Below, piece by piece: positions 47,742-57,654 of a stretch of 64,000 bases of DNA. This stretch comes from Thermoanaerobaculia bacterium (lineage in GTDB: Bacteria > Acidobacteriota > Thermoanaerobaculia > Multivoradales > UBA5704). The first letter of the stretch is position 1; each line of letters starts with the position of its first letter. The stretch is from the NCBI GenBank assembly GCA_044868005.1, contig JBIOVX010000147.1:28036-92035 (forward strand), written 5' to 3'. The translations under genes and the position numbers were made by a program. The notes under the pieces were generated by a model. That model made no database searches and had not been told where the DNA came from. It was given only the letters and a program-made list of their open reading frames with translations.

Positions 47742-48662
47742 ATGCGTCGTCCGAAACCGCAGAATCTCTGGAACATCGTCCGGGAGACGATCGCCAACTG
47801 GAACAAGCACGGTGCGTCCGCGCATAGCGCGGCCCTGGCCTATTTCTCCCTCTTCTCCATGGCGCCGGTGTTGATCCTGGTTATCGCGCTCTCCGGCCTG
47901 GTGTTCGGGGCGGACGCGGTTCGGGGGCAGATCGCGCGCGAGCTCAGCCGTTTCATCGGTCCGGACGGCGCATCGATGGTGCAGGAGGTCGTGGCCGCGA
48001 GCGCCAAACCGAGAGCGGGGCGGACCGCCGCCGCCTTCGGCATCGTCACTCTGCTGCTCGGCGCCACCGGCGCGTTGATGCAGCTCCAGGACACCCTCAA
48101 CACGGTCTGGGAGGTCATTCCCAAGCCGGGCTTCTTCCTCAAACGGCTGCTCTGGAAGCGGCTGCTCTGCTTCATCCTCATCCTCGCCGTCGGCGGAGTC
48201 TTCCTCCTCTCGCTCGCCGCCAGCGCCGGCATCGCCCTGCTGCAGCGGATCCTCGAGGCGAGGCTGGAAGTGGCGCTCTCCACCCTGGTGGGCGGAGCGG
48301 ACGTGGTGCTCTCCTTTCTGCTGATGACGGCGCTCATCGCCTTGATCTACCGCATCCTGCCGGACGTCCGGCTCTCCTGGCGCGATGTGGCCTGGGGATC
48401 GATGTTTACCGCGGTCCTGTTCTCGATCGGCAAGTACGCCATCGGCTTCTACCTGCAGCGCACCAACATCGCCTCGACCTATGGCGCCGCCGGCTCCCTG
48501 GTGCTGATCCTGATCTGGGCCTACTACTCCGCGCTCATCTTCCTCCTCGGCGCCGAGTTCACGCGGGTCCACTCCCGCCGCTATCGGGAGGGCCGCGCGG
48601 TTCCGGAGCCCGGAGCGGTCCGCGTGGCCACCGTCAAGGTGCCCGTCGAAGCGGCTCGTTGA
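47742..48662 (+). CDS. YihY/BrkB family membrane protein
   Basis: …AAALAYFSLFSMAPVLILV… and six TM helices. ATG 47742 (TTG 47739 is also possible). Confidence 0.85.
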   Translation: MRRPKPQNLWNIVRETIANWNKHGASAHSAALAYFSLFSMAPVLILVIALSGLVFGADAVRGQIARELSRFIGPDGASMVQEVVAASAKPRAGRTAAAFGIVTLLLGATGALMQLQDTLNTVWEVIPKPGFFLKRLLWKRLLCFILILAVGGVFLLSLAASAGIALLQRILEARLEVALSTLVGGADVVLSFLLMTALIALIYRILPDVRLSWRDVAWGSMFTAVLFSIGKYAIGFYLQRTNIASTYGAAGSLVLILIWAYYSALIFLLGAEFTRVHSRRYREGRAVPEPGAVRVATVKVPVEAAR

Positions 48663-48672
48663 GAGGCGGACG

Positions 48673-50421
48673 ATGATGAGGAACGTTCATTTCTCGCTCG
48701 CCCTCGGCCTCTGCCTCGCCTTCCTGGCCTCGCCGCTCGGCGCCGCGCGGCTGAAGGTGGAGGTCGACGGGGTGAAGCGGGACCTGGAGCGCAACATCCG
48801 TTCGGTGCTCAGCCTGGAGAAGCTCGACCGCGACGAGATGACGGAGGAGCGCATCCGCCGGCTGCACGCCGGCGCGCAGGGAGAGATCGAGGAGGCCCTG
48901 CAGCCCTACGGCTACTACCGGCCCGTGGTGCGCGCGGAGCTACGGCAGGAGGGCGACCAGTGGATCGCCCGTTACGACGTGGACGCCGGTCCGCCGGTCA
49001 AGGTGGCCAGCGTCGATCTGCGCATCGCGGGCGCCGGCGCCGACGATCCGCGGTTCCGCGAGCTCGCCGCGCGTTTCCCGATGAAGAAGGGCGACGTGCT
49101 CTTCCACCCCGACTACGAGCAGGGCAAGCACGCGCTGGAGGACCTCGCGGCCGAGGAGGGCTATCTCGACGCCGCCTTCCAGGCCAACCAGGTGCGGGTG
49201 GATCTGCAGCGCTACCGGGCCGACGTCGTCCTGCACTACGACACCGGCCCGCGCTACCGCTTCGGCGAGGTGCGCTTCAACCAGGACGTGCTCGATCCCG
49301 CCCTGCTCACCGGCTACGTCAACTTCAAACGCGGCGAGCCGCTCGACGTCAACAAGGTCCTCGAGCTGCAGAACGCCCTGTCGGACAGCCCCTACTGGAG
49401 CCGCGTCGAAGTAGTCACCCGCCAGGATCAGCGGCAGGGGCTGGAGGTGCCGATCGACGTCGATCTCGTGCCGAGCAAGACGATGCGCTTCTCGGGCGGC
49501 ATCGGCTACGGCACGGATACCGGTGCGCGGGCGAGCGGCGCCTGGGAGCTGCGGCGCCTCAACCGGCGGGGCCACCGCGCCGAGGCCGAGGTGCGGGGCT
49601 CGCAGATCGAGCAGGCCCTGAAGCTGAGCTACTACATCCCCGGAGCGTACCCGCGCACCGACGTCCTCTCCTTCAACACCGTCTACCAGCGGGAGGACAC
49701 GGACACGAGCTTCAGCGAGACGGGCCTCGTCGGCGCGCAGCTCACCAAGTCCCGCGGCCATTGGCGCGAGGCGTACTCGCTCAACTACCAGCGCGAGGAC
49801 TTCGAGGTGGGTCTCGACCAGGGGATCTCCAACCTCCTCGTGCCCGGCGCGAGCCTGGAGCGGGTGGAGGCCGACGACCGCATCTTCACCACCAACGGCT
49901 ACCGCGCGCGCCTCTCCTTGCAGGGAGCGGAGGGCAGCCTGCTCTCGGATTCCTCGTTCCTCCAGGGCCATCTGGAAGGCAAGGTCATCCGCACGCTGGG
50001 GGAGCGCAACCGGATCATCGGCCGCGCCGAGCTGGGCTATACCGCGACCGACGAGTTCCGCGAGCTGCCTCCCACCTTCCGCTTCTTCGCCGGCGGCGAC
50101 CGCAGCGTGCGCGGCTTCGCCTACCAGTCGCTGGGCCGCGAGGACGAAGCCGGCAACGTCATCGGCGGCGAGAGCCTGATGGTGGGGAGCCTGGAGTACG
50201 AGCTGTGGTTTCCCGAGATGTGGGGTCAGAAGCTGGGCGCCGCCCTCTTCTACGACACCGGCAGCGCCTCGCAGTCGTTCGGCGGCGTCCTCGCCCGCGG
50301 CGCCGGAGTCGGCGTCCGCTGGCGCTCGCCGATCGGCCCCATCCGCGCCGACCTCGCCTGGGCGCTGTCCGAGGAGGGCAGGCCGATGCGGTTTCACCTG
50401 ACTATCGGGCCGGATTTGTGA
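48673..50421 (+). CDS. tamA: translocation and assembly module outer-membrane subunit TamA (Omp85 family)
   Basis: Signal peptide, POTRA-like repeats, C-terminal surface-antigen barrel. Immediately followed by tamB. Confidence 0.85.
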   Translation: MMRNVHFSLALGLCLAFLASPLGAARLKVEVDGVKRDLERNIRSVLSLEKLDRDEMTEERIRRLHAGAQGEIEEALQPYGYYRPVVRAELRQEGDQWIARYDVDAGPPVKVASVDLRIAGAGADDPRFRELAARFPMKKGDVLFHPDYEQGKHALEDLAAEEGYLDAAFQANQVRVDLQRYRADVVLHYDTGPRYRFGEVRFNQDVLDPALLTGYVNFKRGEPLDVNKVLELQNALSDSPYWSRVEVVTRQDQRQGLEVPIDVDLVPSKTMRFSGGIGYGTDTGARASGAWELRRLNRRGHRAEAEVRGSQIEQALKLSYYIPGAYPRTDVLSFNTVYQREDTDTSFSETGLVGAQLTKSRGHWREAYSLNYQREDFEVGLDQGISNLLVPGASLERVEADDRIFTTNGYRARLSLQGAEGSLLSDSSFLQGHLEGKVIRTLGERNRIIGRAELGYTATDEFRELPPTFRFFAGGDRSVRGFAYQSLGREDEAGNVIGGESLMVGSLEYELWFPEMWGQKLGAALFYDTGSASQSFGGVLARGAGVGVRWRSPIGPIRADLAWALSEEGRPMRFHLTIGPDL

Positions 50422-53400
50422 TGGAAAAGGACAGCAAGGACAGCAGGGACGAAAAGGACGAACCCGCCGTCCCGCCCTCTGCGCCGCCACGGCGCCGACG
50501 CCGGCTGCTGCGCTGGACCGTCGGGCTCCTCCTCACGCTCTTCGTTCTGATCGCGTTGCTGGTGGGCCTGGCCTGGTACGGGGTCTCCTCCGAGCGCGGC
50601 ACGCGGGTGCTGCTCTCCCGTCTCGGCGGCCTGCTGCCGGGTGAGCTGACGGTGGGGTCTCAGCGCGGGCCGCTCGTCGGGCCCCTGGAGCTGCGGGACG
50701 TGCGCTACCGCACGGACGCCATGGATGTGCGGGTAAAACGCGTGCGGCTCGCCTGGCATCCGCGCCAGCTCCGCCGCCGCCAGCTCGACGTGGAACGGCT
50801 CTACGCCGAAGGCATCCGCATCGTCCTTCCCGCCGCGAAGGAGGACGAAACCGAGGACGGCCGGCTGGTGGACATCCACCTGCCGGTCAACATCATCGTG
50901 CGCGATGCGCTGATCCGTGACGTGGAGATCGTCCGCGCCGGAGAGGAGCCCTTCCGCCTGGACGTCATCGCCCTCGACGGCCGCAGCGAACGCCTGCGCG
51001 ACGTCGTCCACGTGCGCAGCCTGCGGGTGGACGGCCCGACCTTCCGCCTGCGCGCCCAAGGAGACCTCAATCCCGTCGGCCAGTATCCGCTGAACCTGCG
51101 CGCGCAGGCCACCTACGACGATCCCGAGCTGCCGCCGTTCGTCTTCTCCGGCAGGTTCAACGGCAGCCTCGAGAAGCTCCGCCTGGACGCCCGGCTCGCC
51201 CAGCCTTTCGACGCTCACGTCGTGGGCAGCGTTCTCGCGCCGATGCGCGAGCTGAAGATGGACCTCACCGCGCAGGTGCGGGGATTCGAGGCCAAGAAGA
51301 TCAATCCGGAGTGGCCGGTAGCGCGGATCAGCCACGGCAACGTGAAGATCCAGGGCGGGCTCGACGATTTCGTCTCCGAGGGCACGGTCACGGGTGCCTA
51401 CGAGAATTACGGCTCGGGCGAGGCCACCTACCGGGTGGCGAGACGAGGCGAGGATTTCATCTTCGAATATCTGAACCTCAAGACCGACAGCGGCGCCGAC
51501 CTCTCCGTCAAGGGGACGGTAGGAACCGGCGCCAAGGACCTGAGCCTCGATCTGCTGGCGGACTGGCACCGCCTCTCCTGGCCTCTTCAAGGCGGCGCGC
51601 CGGTCGTGGTGAGCCGCTCGGGCGAGGCGACGATCCGGGGGAGCCTCGCCGACTACGAAGTGGAAATGGACGCGCAGCTCGCCGGACCGAGCCTTCCGCC
51701 GGGCCGCTGGAGGCTCGCCAGCCGAGGCAATAAGGAGAGGATGAACGTCCGCTCCCTGCGCGGCGACGTGCTGCGCGGGCGGGTGACCGCCGTCGGCACC
51801 GTCGCCTGGCAGCCGGCGGTCTCATGGCGATTGAAGATGACCGGAAACGCGATCAATCCGGCGGCCCTGTATCCGGAGTGGCCTGGGAGCCTCGCTTTCA
51901 CCGCGGCCAGTGGCGGCGTGCTGCGCGACGCCGGTCCTTACGGTAGGGTGGATCTCACCGATCTCGACGGCAATCTGCGGGGTAATCCCGTGGCCGGACG
52001 CGTGCGCCTGGAGCTCGCGGGGAACCGCTATCGCCTGCCTCGCCTCGATCTCCGCTCCGGCTCGGCGCGCGTCACCGCCGCCGGCGCCTTCACAATGGAC
52101 GCGGCCGATCTCGATTGGCGGCTGGAGGCGCCGAACCTCGGCGAAGCTCTGCCGGACGCCGGCGGCTCCGTCATTGCCCAAGGCCATCTCGCGGGGCCTT
52201 GGAAGACGCCCCACGTCCGCGCTCAGGCAAGCGGCGGCTCGATCGTCTTTCGGACCTACAACGCCGAGACCTTGAATCTGACGGCCGATGTGGATCTGGC
52301 CCGCGAAGGACCGATGATGATCGACCTCGATGCCGCGGGCGTCGGAGTGGGCGAGCGGCGGTTCGACACCGTGACCCTCAACGGCCGCGGCACTCGCGGA
52401 GCGCACGGCCTCGCCCTCGCCGTGGGGGCCGAGGAGGGCTCCCTCGACCTCGCTCTCGCCGGCGGCCTCCAGGGCCTCACGGCATGGAGCGGCGAGATCC
52501 GCCAGCTCGACCTGCGCAACGAGCAGACGGGAACCTGGACCCTCGCCGGTCCGGCGCAGCTCGCCGCCGGCACGGAGCGGGCCGCCTTGAAAAACTTCTG
52601 CTGGACCTCCGGCAACGCCCGCCTTTGCGCCGACGGCCAGTGGATCAAGACCGGCACCTGGAACGCTTCAGGAAATCTCGCGGACCTGCCCTTCGCCCTG
52701 TTCAAGCCGTTCCTGCCTGCCGATCTGGAGATCACGGGAAACGTGAACGGCACCTTCCAAGGCCAAGGCTCGCCGCGCGGCTTCGTCACCGCGGCCGTGG
52801 ATCTACGGCCGGGGCCGGGGGAGATCCAATACCCGACCAAGACCGGAGAGACGGCCAAGATCCGTTTCGATCAGGGGGCCGTCACCCTGCGCGCGGGAGC
52901 GGACGGCCTCGTGGGCCAGGCCGCGCTGACCTTCGAGAATACGGGTGTCCTCCGGGCCGACCTGCGGCTGCCCCAGTACAACGCCATCGGCCTGCCCCTG
53001 CAGAGCCAGACCTTGAGCGGGCGGATTCAGGCCGACTTCACCAACCTCGGTTTGGTGGAAGCCTTCGTGCCCGATCTCGAGGATCCGCGCGGAGCCCTTA
53101 AGGCCGACCTGACGCTGAGGGGCACCGTGGCGGCGCCGAAGGCCATCGGCGCCGTGGAGCTGGAGAACGCCCAGGTGGACGTGCCGCGGCTGGGCATCGA
53201 GGTGCGGCAGATCGCGGTCACGGCGAAGAGCGACGAGCAGGGAGTCCTGCAGCTCCAGGGATCGGCCCGCTCCGGCGGCGGCATGGTGACGATCGCCGGT
53301 GACGTGCCCCTGGACAAGCGGCCGGCTCACATCACCGTCCAAGGGCGGCGCTTCCTCGCCTCCGACACCAAGGAGGCAAAGGTCTTCGTCTCGCCAAACC

Positions 53401-54365
53401 TCAAGATCGCCGCCAAGTATCCGCGCGTCGACGTCACCGGCGACGTGGAGATCCCCGAGACGGCGATCGATCAGCAGAAGCGGAAGCGCGCGGCGGTCGG
53501 CATCTCCCAGGATGTGATCATCGTGCCGCCATCCGAAGAACTGGCGCAGACTCCGAAGCAGGCGCTCGAGCTCCACGCGCGCGTACGGGTGATCCTGGGC
53601 GACAAGGTCAACGTCAAGGCGTTCGGCTTCACCGGCCGGCCGACCGGGAGCCTGCTGGTCATCGAGGAGCCTGGCAAGGCCACGATCGGCGTGGGAGAGC
53701 TGGAGGTCAAGGAAGGCATCTACAAGGCCTACGGGCAGGACCTCACTCTCGACCGCGGCCGGGTCGTCTTCGCCGGCGGACCGCTCGACAATCCCGGCCT
53801 CGACCTGCGGGCCTACCGCAAGGCTGCTGACGGTACCGTGGCGGGGATGAACATCCGCGGCACGCTCAAATCTCCCCAGGCGACGCTCTACTCCGATCCG
53901 CCCATGGGCGAGAGCGAGGCCCTCGCCTATCTCCTGCTCGGCCGGCCGCTGGGACAGACCTCGCCGCAGGAGGGCGACATGCTCGCCAACGCCGCCAACT
54001 CGCTGGGATTGAAGGGAGGCAATCTCGTCGCCAAGAAGATCGCCGCCCGCTTCGGCCTGGAGGAAGCGCGGGTGGAGACCACGGGCGGGCTCAAGGAGGC
54101 GTCCCTGGTGGTGGGTAAATATCTCTCCCCGCGCCTCTACGTCACCTACGGGCTGGGCCTCTTCGAGCCGGTCAGCACCTTCAAGATCCGCTACCTTCTA
54201 GGCCGCCAGTGGACCCTGCAAGCCGAGCAGGGCGTGGGCACGAGCGCCGACTTCCTCTACACCGTGGAGCGAGGCAAGGGAGGCAAGACTCCGGAGCCCG
54301 TGCGCGACAAGGGCGAGGAAGTGAAGGCGCCGGAGGGAACGACGGGCGCGTCGCCGCCGCCTTGA
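50421..54365 (+). CDS. tamB: translocation and assembly module subunit TamB
   Basis: ATG 50421 overlaps the tamA stop by 1 nt. N-terminal TM anchor, very long beta-rich body, DUF490-type end …GKYLSPRLYVTYGLGLFEPVSTFKIRYLLGRQWTLQAEQG…. Confidence 0.9.
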   Translation: MEKDSKDSRDEKDEPAVPPSAPPRRRRRLLRWTVGLLLTLFVLIALLVGLAWYGVSSERGTRVLLSRLGGLLPGELTVGSQRGPLVGPLELRDVRYRTDAMDVRVKRVRLAWHPRQLRRRQLDVERLYAEGIRIVLPAAKEDETEDGRLVDIHLPVNIIVRDALIRDVEIVRAGEEPFRLDVIALDGRSERLRDVVHVRSLRVDGPTFRLRAQGDLNPVGQYPLNLRAQATYDDPELPPFVFSGRFNGSLEKLRLDARLAQPFDAHVVGSVLAPMRELKMDLTAQVRGFEAKKINPEWPVARISHGNVKIQGGLDDFVSEGTVTGAYENYGSGEATYRVARRGEDFIFEYLNLKTDSGADLSVKGTVGTGAKDLSLDLLADWHRLSWPLQGGAPVVVSRSGEATIRGSLADYEVEMDAQLAGPSLPPGRWRLASRGNKERMNVRSLRGDVLRGRVTAVGTVAWQPAVSWRLKMTGNAINPAALYPEWPGSLAFTAASGGVLRDAGPYGRVDLTDLDGNLRGNPVAGRVRLELAGNRYRLPRLDLRSGSARVTAAGAFTMDAADLDWRLEAPNLGEALPDAGGSVIAQGHLAGPWKTPHVRAQASGGSIVFRTYNAETLNLTADVDLAREGPMMIDLDAAGVGVGERRFDTVTLNGRGTRGAHGLALAVGAEEGSLDLALAGGLQGLTAWSGEIRQLDLRNEQTGTWTLAGPAQLAAGTERAALKNFCWTSGNARLCADGQWIKTGTWNASGNLADLPFALFKPFLPADLEITGNVNGTFQGQGSPRGFVTAAVDLRPGPGEIQYPTKTGETAKIRFDQGAVTLRAGADGLVGQAALTFENTGVLRADLRLPQYNAIGLPLQSQTLSGRIQADFTNLGLVEAFVPDLEDPRGALKADLTLRGTVAAPKAIGAVELENAQVDVPRLGIEVRQIAVTAKSDEQGVLQLQGSARSGGGMVTIAGDVPLDKRPAHITVQGRRFLASDTKEAKVFVSPNLKIAAKYPRVDVTGDVEIPETAIDQQKRKRAAVGISQDVIIVPPSEELAQTPKQALELHARVRVILGDKVNVKAFGFTGRPTGSLLVIEEPGKATIGVGELEVKEGIYKAYGQDLTLDRGRVVFAGGPLDNPGLDLRAYRKAADGTVAGMNIRGTLKSPQATLYSDPPMGESEALAYLLLGRPLGQTSPQEGDMLANAANSLGLKGGNLVAKKIAARFGLEEARVETTGGLKEASLVVGKYLSPRLYVTYGLGLFEPVSTFKIRYLLGRQWTLQAEQGVGTSADFLYTVERGKGGKTPEPVRDKGEEVKAPEGTTGASPPP

Positions 54366-54368
54366 TTC

Positions 54369-54527
54369 CTACCCGTACGTCGGCCGCTGCGGCCAGCCGG
54401 ACGGCGAGTCCTCGAAATCCTCCTGTCTGCCATACGGGGTGAGGCGCATCTCCCGAGCGAAGCCCTGCGGGTCTTCGTGAAAAGACGCTAAGGCACCCTC
54501 GGGCACTTCGATCGTAATGCGTACCAT
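54369..54527 (-). pseudogene. possible relic of a UPF0175-type antitoxin-like gene
   Basis: 52-codon [32 protein letters not shown]… matches the family N-terminus. The remainder ([12 protein letters not shown]…) does not, and it runs up to the tamB stop. Confidence 0.3.
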
Positions 54528-54547
54528 GCTGGAAGCTTACGCGGACC

Positions 54548-55369
54548 TCATCCCAGCCACCCTCGATACAGCTCCGGCCGCCGGTCGCGCCAGAAGAGGC
54601 GGCGGGCCGTGGAGGTGGCGCAGAGGGAGAGGTCGAGGTCGGCGAGGACGAGGTCTTCTTCGAGGCTCTTGCCGCGCACAATCACCCGTCCCTCCGGATC
54701 GACGGCAAACGACTCGCCCGAAAAATGCAGCTTCGCCTCTTCGCCGACCCGGTTCGCGAGCGCCGCGAAGTAGCCGTTCTGGAAGGCGGCAGTGCGCACC
54801 TCGGCTTCGTAGAGACCTTCCGGCCACTCGCCCACCGTGCCGGCCTGCGGGATGACCACCAGCTCTGCGCCGGCCACGCCGAGCGCGCGCATCACTTCCG
54901 GATAGTGCCGGTCGTAACAGATGGCCACTCCGACCTTGCCGGCGCGCGTCTCGTAGACCGGCACGCCCTTGTCGCCCGGATGGTAGTAGTCCCGCTCGTG
55001 GAAACCCTCGTAGTCGGTGATGTGGATCATGCGCGTGACGCCGAGGAGCCGCCCGTCGGCGTCGAAGACGGGCGAGCTGTCGAACCGGCGGCCCTGCTCG
55101 TCCCGCTCGTAGAGATTGAACAGGGTCACCAATCCCAACTGGCGCGCGTGTTCGCTGATCCGGTCGGTCGTGGGACCGGGGATCGATTCCGCCAGCTCCA
55201 GAGCTTTCTCGTCGCCGGGGTGCTGCGGAAAGAAGCGGTCGAGGATCACCTCGGGGAACGCGATCAGCTCCGCGCCCGCGCGAGAGGCGGCCGTCATCGT
55301 CTCCAGTGCTCGAGCGAGGTTGGACTCCCGGTCCGCGGACGCGGAGAGCTGGGCGAGGGCGATCCGCAC
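54548..55369 (-). CDS. carbon-nitrogen hydrolase (nitrilase superfamily)
   Basis: MRIALAQL…AELIAFPEV (Glu) … VAICYD (Cys) catalytic pattern. GTG start. Confidence 0.85.
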   Translation of the reverse strand: MRIALAQLSASADRESNLARALETMTAASRAGAELIAFPEVILDRFFPQHPGDEKALELAESIPGPTTDRISEHARQLGLVTLFNLYERDEQGRRFDSSPVFDADGRLLGVTRMIHITDYEGFHERDYYHPGDKGVPVYETRAGKVGVAICYDRHYPEVMRALGVAGAELVVIPQAGTVGEWPEGLYEAEVRTAAFQNGYFAALANRVGEEAKLHFSGESFAVDPEGRVIVRGKSLEEDLVLADLDLSLCATSTARRLFWRDRRPELYRGWLG

Positions 55370-55372
55370 CCG

Positions 55373-55894
55373 TTATCCCTTCGACCGTTTCTTGAACGAC
55401 CAGGTGAACGCGAAGCGGGCCACCTCGGTGCCGTCCGCCATGCGTCCCACGCTCTCCAGCCGCGCTGTAGCGGGCTCGCCCGTGCGCAGCGTCTCCGTGA
55501 CGGCGGCGCTCGCCTTCGCGCCGTCCTCGCAGGTGAAGGTGGTCAGGGCCGTGGCCTTCTTGCCGAAGCTCGCTTCCAGATTGACGATCAGCATCGCTAC
55601 GGGCACCGGTGCCGATTGCACTACGGCCATGGATAGCGCGCCGGTAGACATCTCGGCGGCCATGCTCAGGGCCGCGAAGTAGGTCGAGCGGAAAGGATTC
55701 GTCGTCCGCCAGCCGTAGGGAACCGTCACCACGCACCGCTCGGAGTCCAGCTCCCGCACGCGCACGCCCGCAATCAAGGCCAGCGGCAGCTTCGCCAGCA
55801 TGTAGAGCCGCATCAGCCAGGGATTGCGCATGCGGCTACGCAGCTTGTCCGCGGCGGAGGTCGAGGGCGCAGGCGCGGCGAGAGATTCGGACAT
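55373..55894 (-). CDS. hot-dog-fold protein (DUF4442-like)
   Basis: AAGGAGA SD. …NPFRSTYFAALSMAAEMSTGAL…. Confidence 0.7.
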   Translation of the reverse strand: MSESLAAPAPSTSAADKLRSRMRNPWLMRLYMLAKLPLALIAGVRVRELDSERCVVTVPYGWRTTNPFRSTYFAALSMAAEMSTGALSMAVVQSAPVPVAMLIVNLEASFGKKATALTTFTCEDGAKASAAVTETLRTGEPATARLESVGRMADGTEVARFAFTWSFKKRSKG

Positions 55895-55928
55895 GGCGGG
55901 TCTCCTTGAAGGGATGATATATCGCGAG

Positions 55929-56027
55929 CAAGGACATAAAGGACCAAAAAGGACGGCAAGGACGAGACTTCGAGAGACCAGGAGCTTTGGTGTCCTTTTC
56001 GTCCCTGCTGTCCTTGAGGTCCTTGAT
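55929..56027. repeat. imperfect long hairpin whose arms are four AAGGAC/GTCCTT units spaced 9-10 nt
   Basis: Arm 1: CAAGGAC-ata-AAGGAC-caaa-AAGGAC-ggc-AAGGAC. Arm 2 is the reverse complement of CAAGGAC-ctc-AAGGAC-agc-AGGGAC-gaa-AAGGAC. Arm 2 (55992-56016) is a 25-nt exact inverted copy of 50435-50459. Confidence 0.7.
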
Positions 56028-56038
56028 ACGATAGAAGC

Positions 56039-56608
56039 ATGGCCCTCACGGCGACCTTACCCGACGATCTCTCCGCCATCCTCCAGGGTCTCGAGAAGAG
56101 CGATCGCGAGGCCCATGCCCTGATCGCCGAGCTCGACGACGAGCGCTTCAACTGGCGGCCGGACGAGCGCTCCTGGAGCGTGGCCCAGTGCCTGGACCAT
56201 CTCAACGCGGGGACCCGCGTTTATCTCGGACCCATGCGGGGCGCGGTGGAGACGGCCCGCGAGAAAGGCGCCTTGCGGCGTGGGCCGATCCGCCAGCGGG
56301 CCATCGAGCGCTGGTTCGTGCGCTCGCTGGAGCCGCCGCCGCGCCTCCGGATGCGGGCGCCGCGTAAGATCGTACCGGCCGCGCGCAAGAGCCGCGCCGA
56401 GGTCGGAGAGGAATGGACCCGTCTCCAGGCGCAGCTCCGGGACCTCCTGCATGAAGCCGCGCCCCTGGACCTCAACCAGGCGCGCTTCGTCAATCCGTTC
56501 TTGCATGTGGTCCGGTTCAGCGTCGGCACCGGTTTTCTGGTGCTCGAGACCCACGAGCGCCGACACCTCTTGCAGGCCCGGAACGTGGTCGCAAAGATGG
56601 GCAGCTAG
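56039..56608 (+). CDS. DinB-superfamily protein
   Basis: …WSVAQCLDHLN… four-helix-bundle His pattern. Confidence 0.8.
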   Translation: MALTATLPDDLSAILQGLEKSDREAHALIAELDDERFNWRPDERSWSVAQCLDHLNAGTRVYLGPMRGAVETAREKGALRRGPIRQRAIERWFVRSLEPPPRLRMRAPRKIVPAARKSRAEVGEEWTRLQAQLRDLLHEAAPLDLNQARFVNPFLHVVRFSVGTGFLVLETHERRHLLQARNVVAKMGS

Positions 56609-57654
56609 AGGTTCGTCGACAGATCGAATCCCTCCTTGACCAGCCGCTCGACGAGAGATTCCGCCCCCAGCGCCTCATAGGCGGTCACCACACCGCGCGC
56701 GGTGACGCTGCCGTCCGCGAGCCCCTGCGCCACGAACGCCGCCGGTAAGGCCGCCATCCGCTGTCCATCGTTCGCTCCGCCGAGGGAAGCAGCGGCGCGG
56801 GTGCCGTCCGGCGCGAAGAGCTCCACCTTCACGAAGCCTCCGGAGTGGCCGAAGCCGGAGAGATGACGGGCGATCGGCGCCACGCTCGCGAGGAGAAACC
56901 TGCCGAGGCGTGGACCCAGCCGGGCCAGCGTTGCCAGGGAGTACGTCGCAATCCGCGCCTCGAAGCCGACCTTGACCCGCACCTCGCGCGCGCCAAGGAG
57001 ACCCGGCAGGAGATAGTGCTCGGGGCTCTCCCAGTCGTAGACCGCGCGCGGTCCGAACGGCGGCGGCAGATCGACGATCTCGCGGCCCTGGAGACCGCGG
57101 AGCGTCCCCTGCGGCGCCGAGAACGAGCGCCCGAGCTGCTCGGCGGAGGCGCGGACGGCGGCTTCTCCTTTCGGGTTGCGGTTGCCGATGAAGAGCGTCA
57201 CCCGCACCCGCTCCACAGCCGGCAGGCGCCGGGCGGTCACGATGGCCAAGGCGCCGGAGATTCCCGGTAGGCTGGAGCAGCCGACCGCCGCGGTAAGGCC
57301 GCGCGCGAGGAATTCATCGTCGCGGCTTCGCAAGCGAGTGATCCAACCGCGGTGGTCCGCGATGTCCACGTAGTGGACTCCGGCAGCCAGGCACGCCTCC
57401 GGCAAGGCCATGCTCATACTGGAGAAGGGACCCGCGCAGTTCACGGCGACGCGGACGCCGGCGAGCGCCCTGGAGCAGGAGACCGGATCGTTCACATCCG
57501 CGGAGATTCCCTGGTGTTCCGCTCCGAGCGCGATGGCGAAGCGTTCCGCCTGGCCCACATCGCGTCCCGCGATTCGAACTGGAAGTCCCGCCGCTGCGAG
57601 GGCCCTCGCCACGTGCGCACCAAAGACGCCGTAACCGCCGAAGACCGTGATCAT
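56605..57654 (-). CDS. saccharopine dehydrogenase-like NAD(P)-binding protein
   Basis: MITVFGGYGVFG Rossmann start. ATG 57654 overlaps the upstream stop (ATGA). Confidence 0.8.
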   Translation of the reverse strand: MITVFGGYGVFGAHVARALAAAGLPVRIAGRDVGQAERFAIALGAEHQGISADVNDPVSCSRALAGVRVAVNCAGPFSSMSMALPEACLAAGVHYVDIADHRGWITRLRSRDDEFLARGLTAAVGCSSLPGISGALAIVTARRLPAVERVRVTLFIGNRNPKGEAAVRASAEQLGRSFSAPQGTLRGLQGREIVDLPPPFGPRAVYDWESPEHYLLPGLLGAREVRVKVGFEARIATYSLATLARLGPRLGRFLLASVAPIARHLSGFGHSGGFVKVELFAPDGTRAAASLGGANDGQRMAALPAAFVAQGLADGSVTARGVVTAYEALGAESLVERLVKEGFDLSTNL

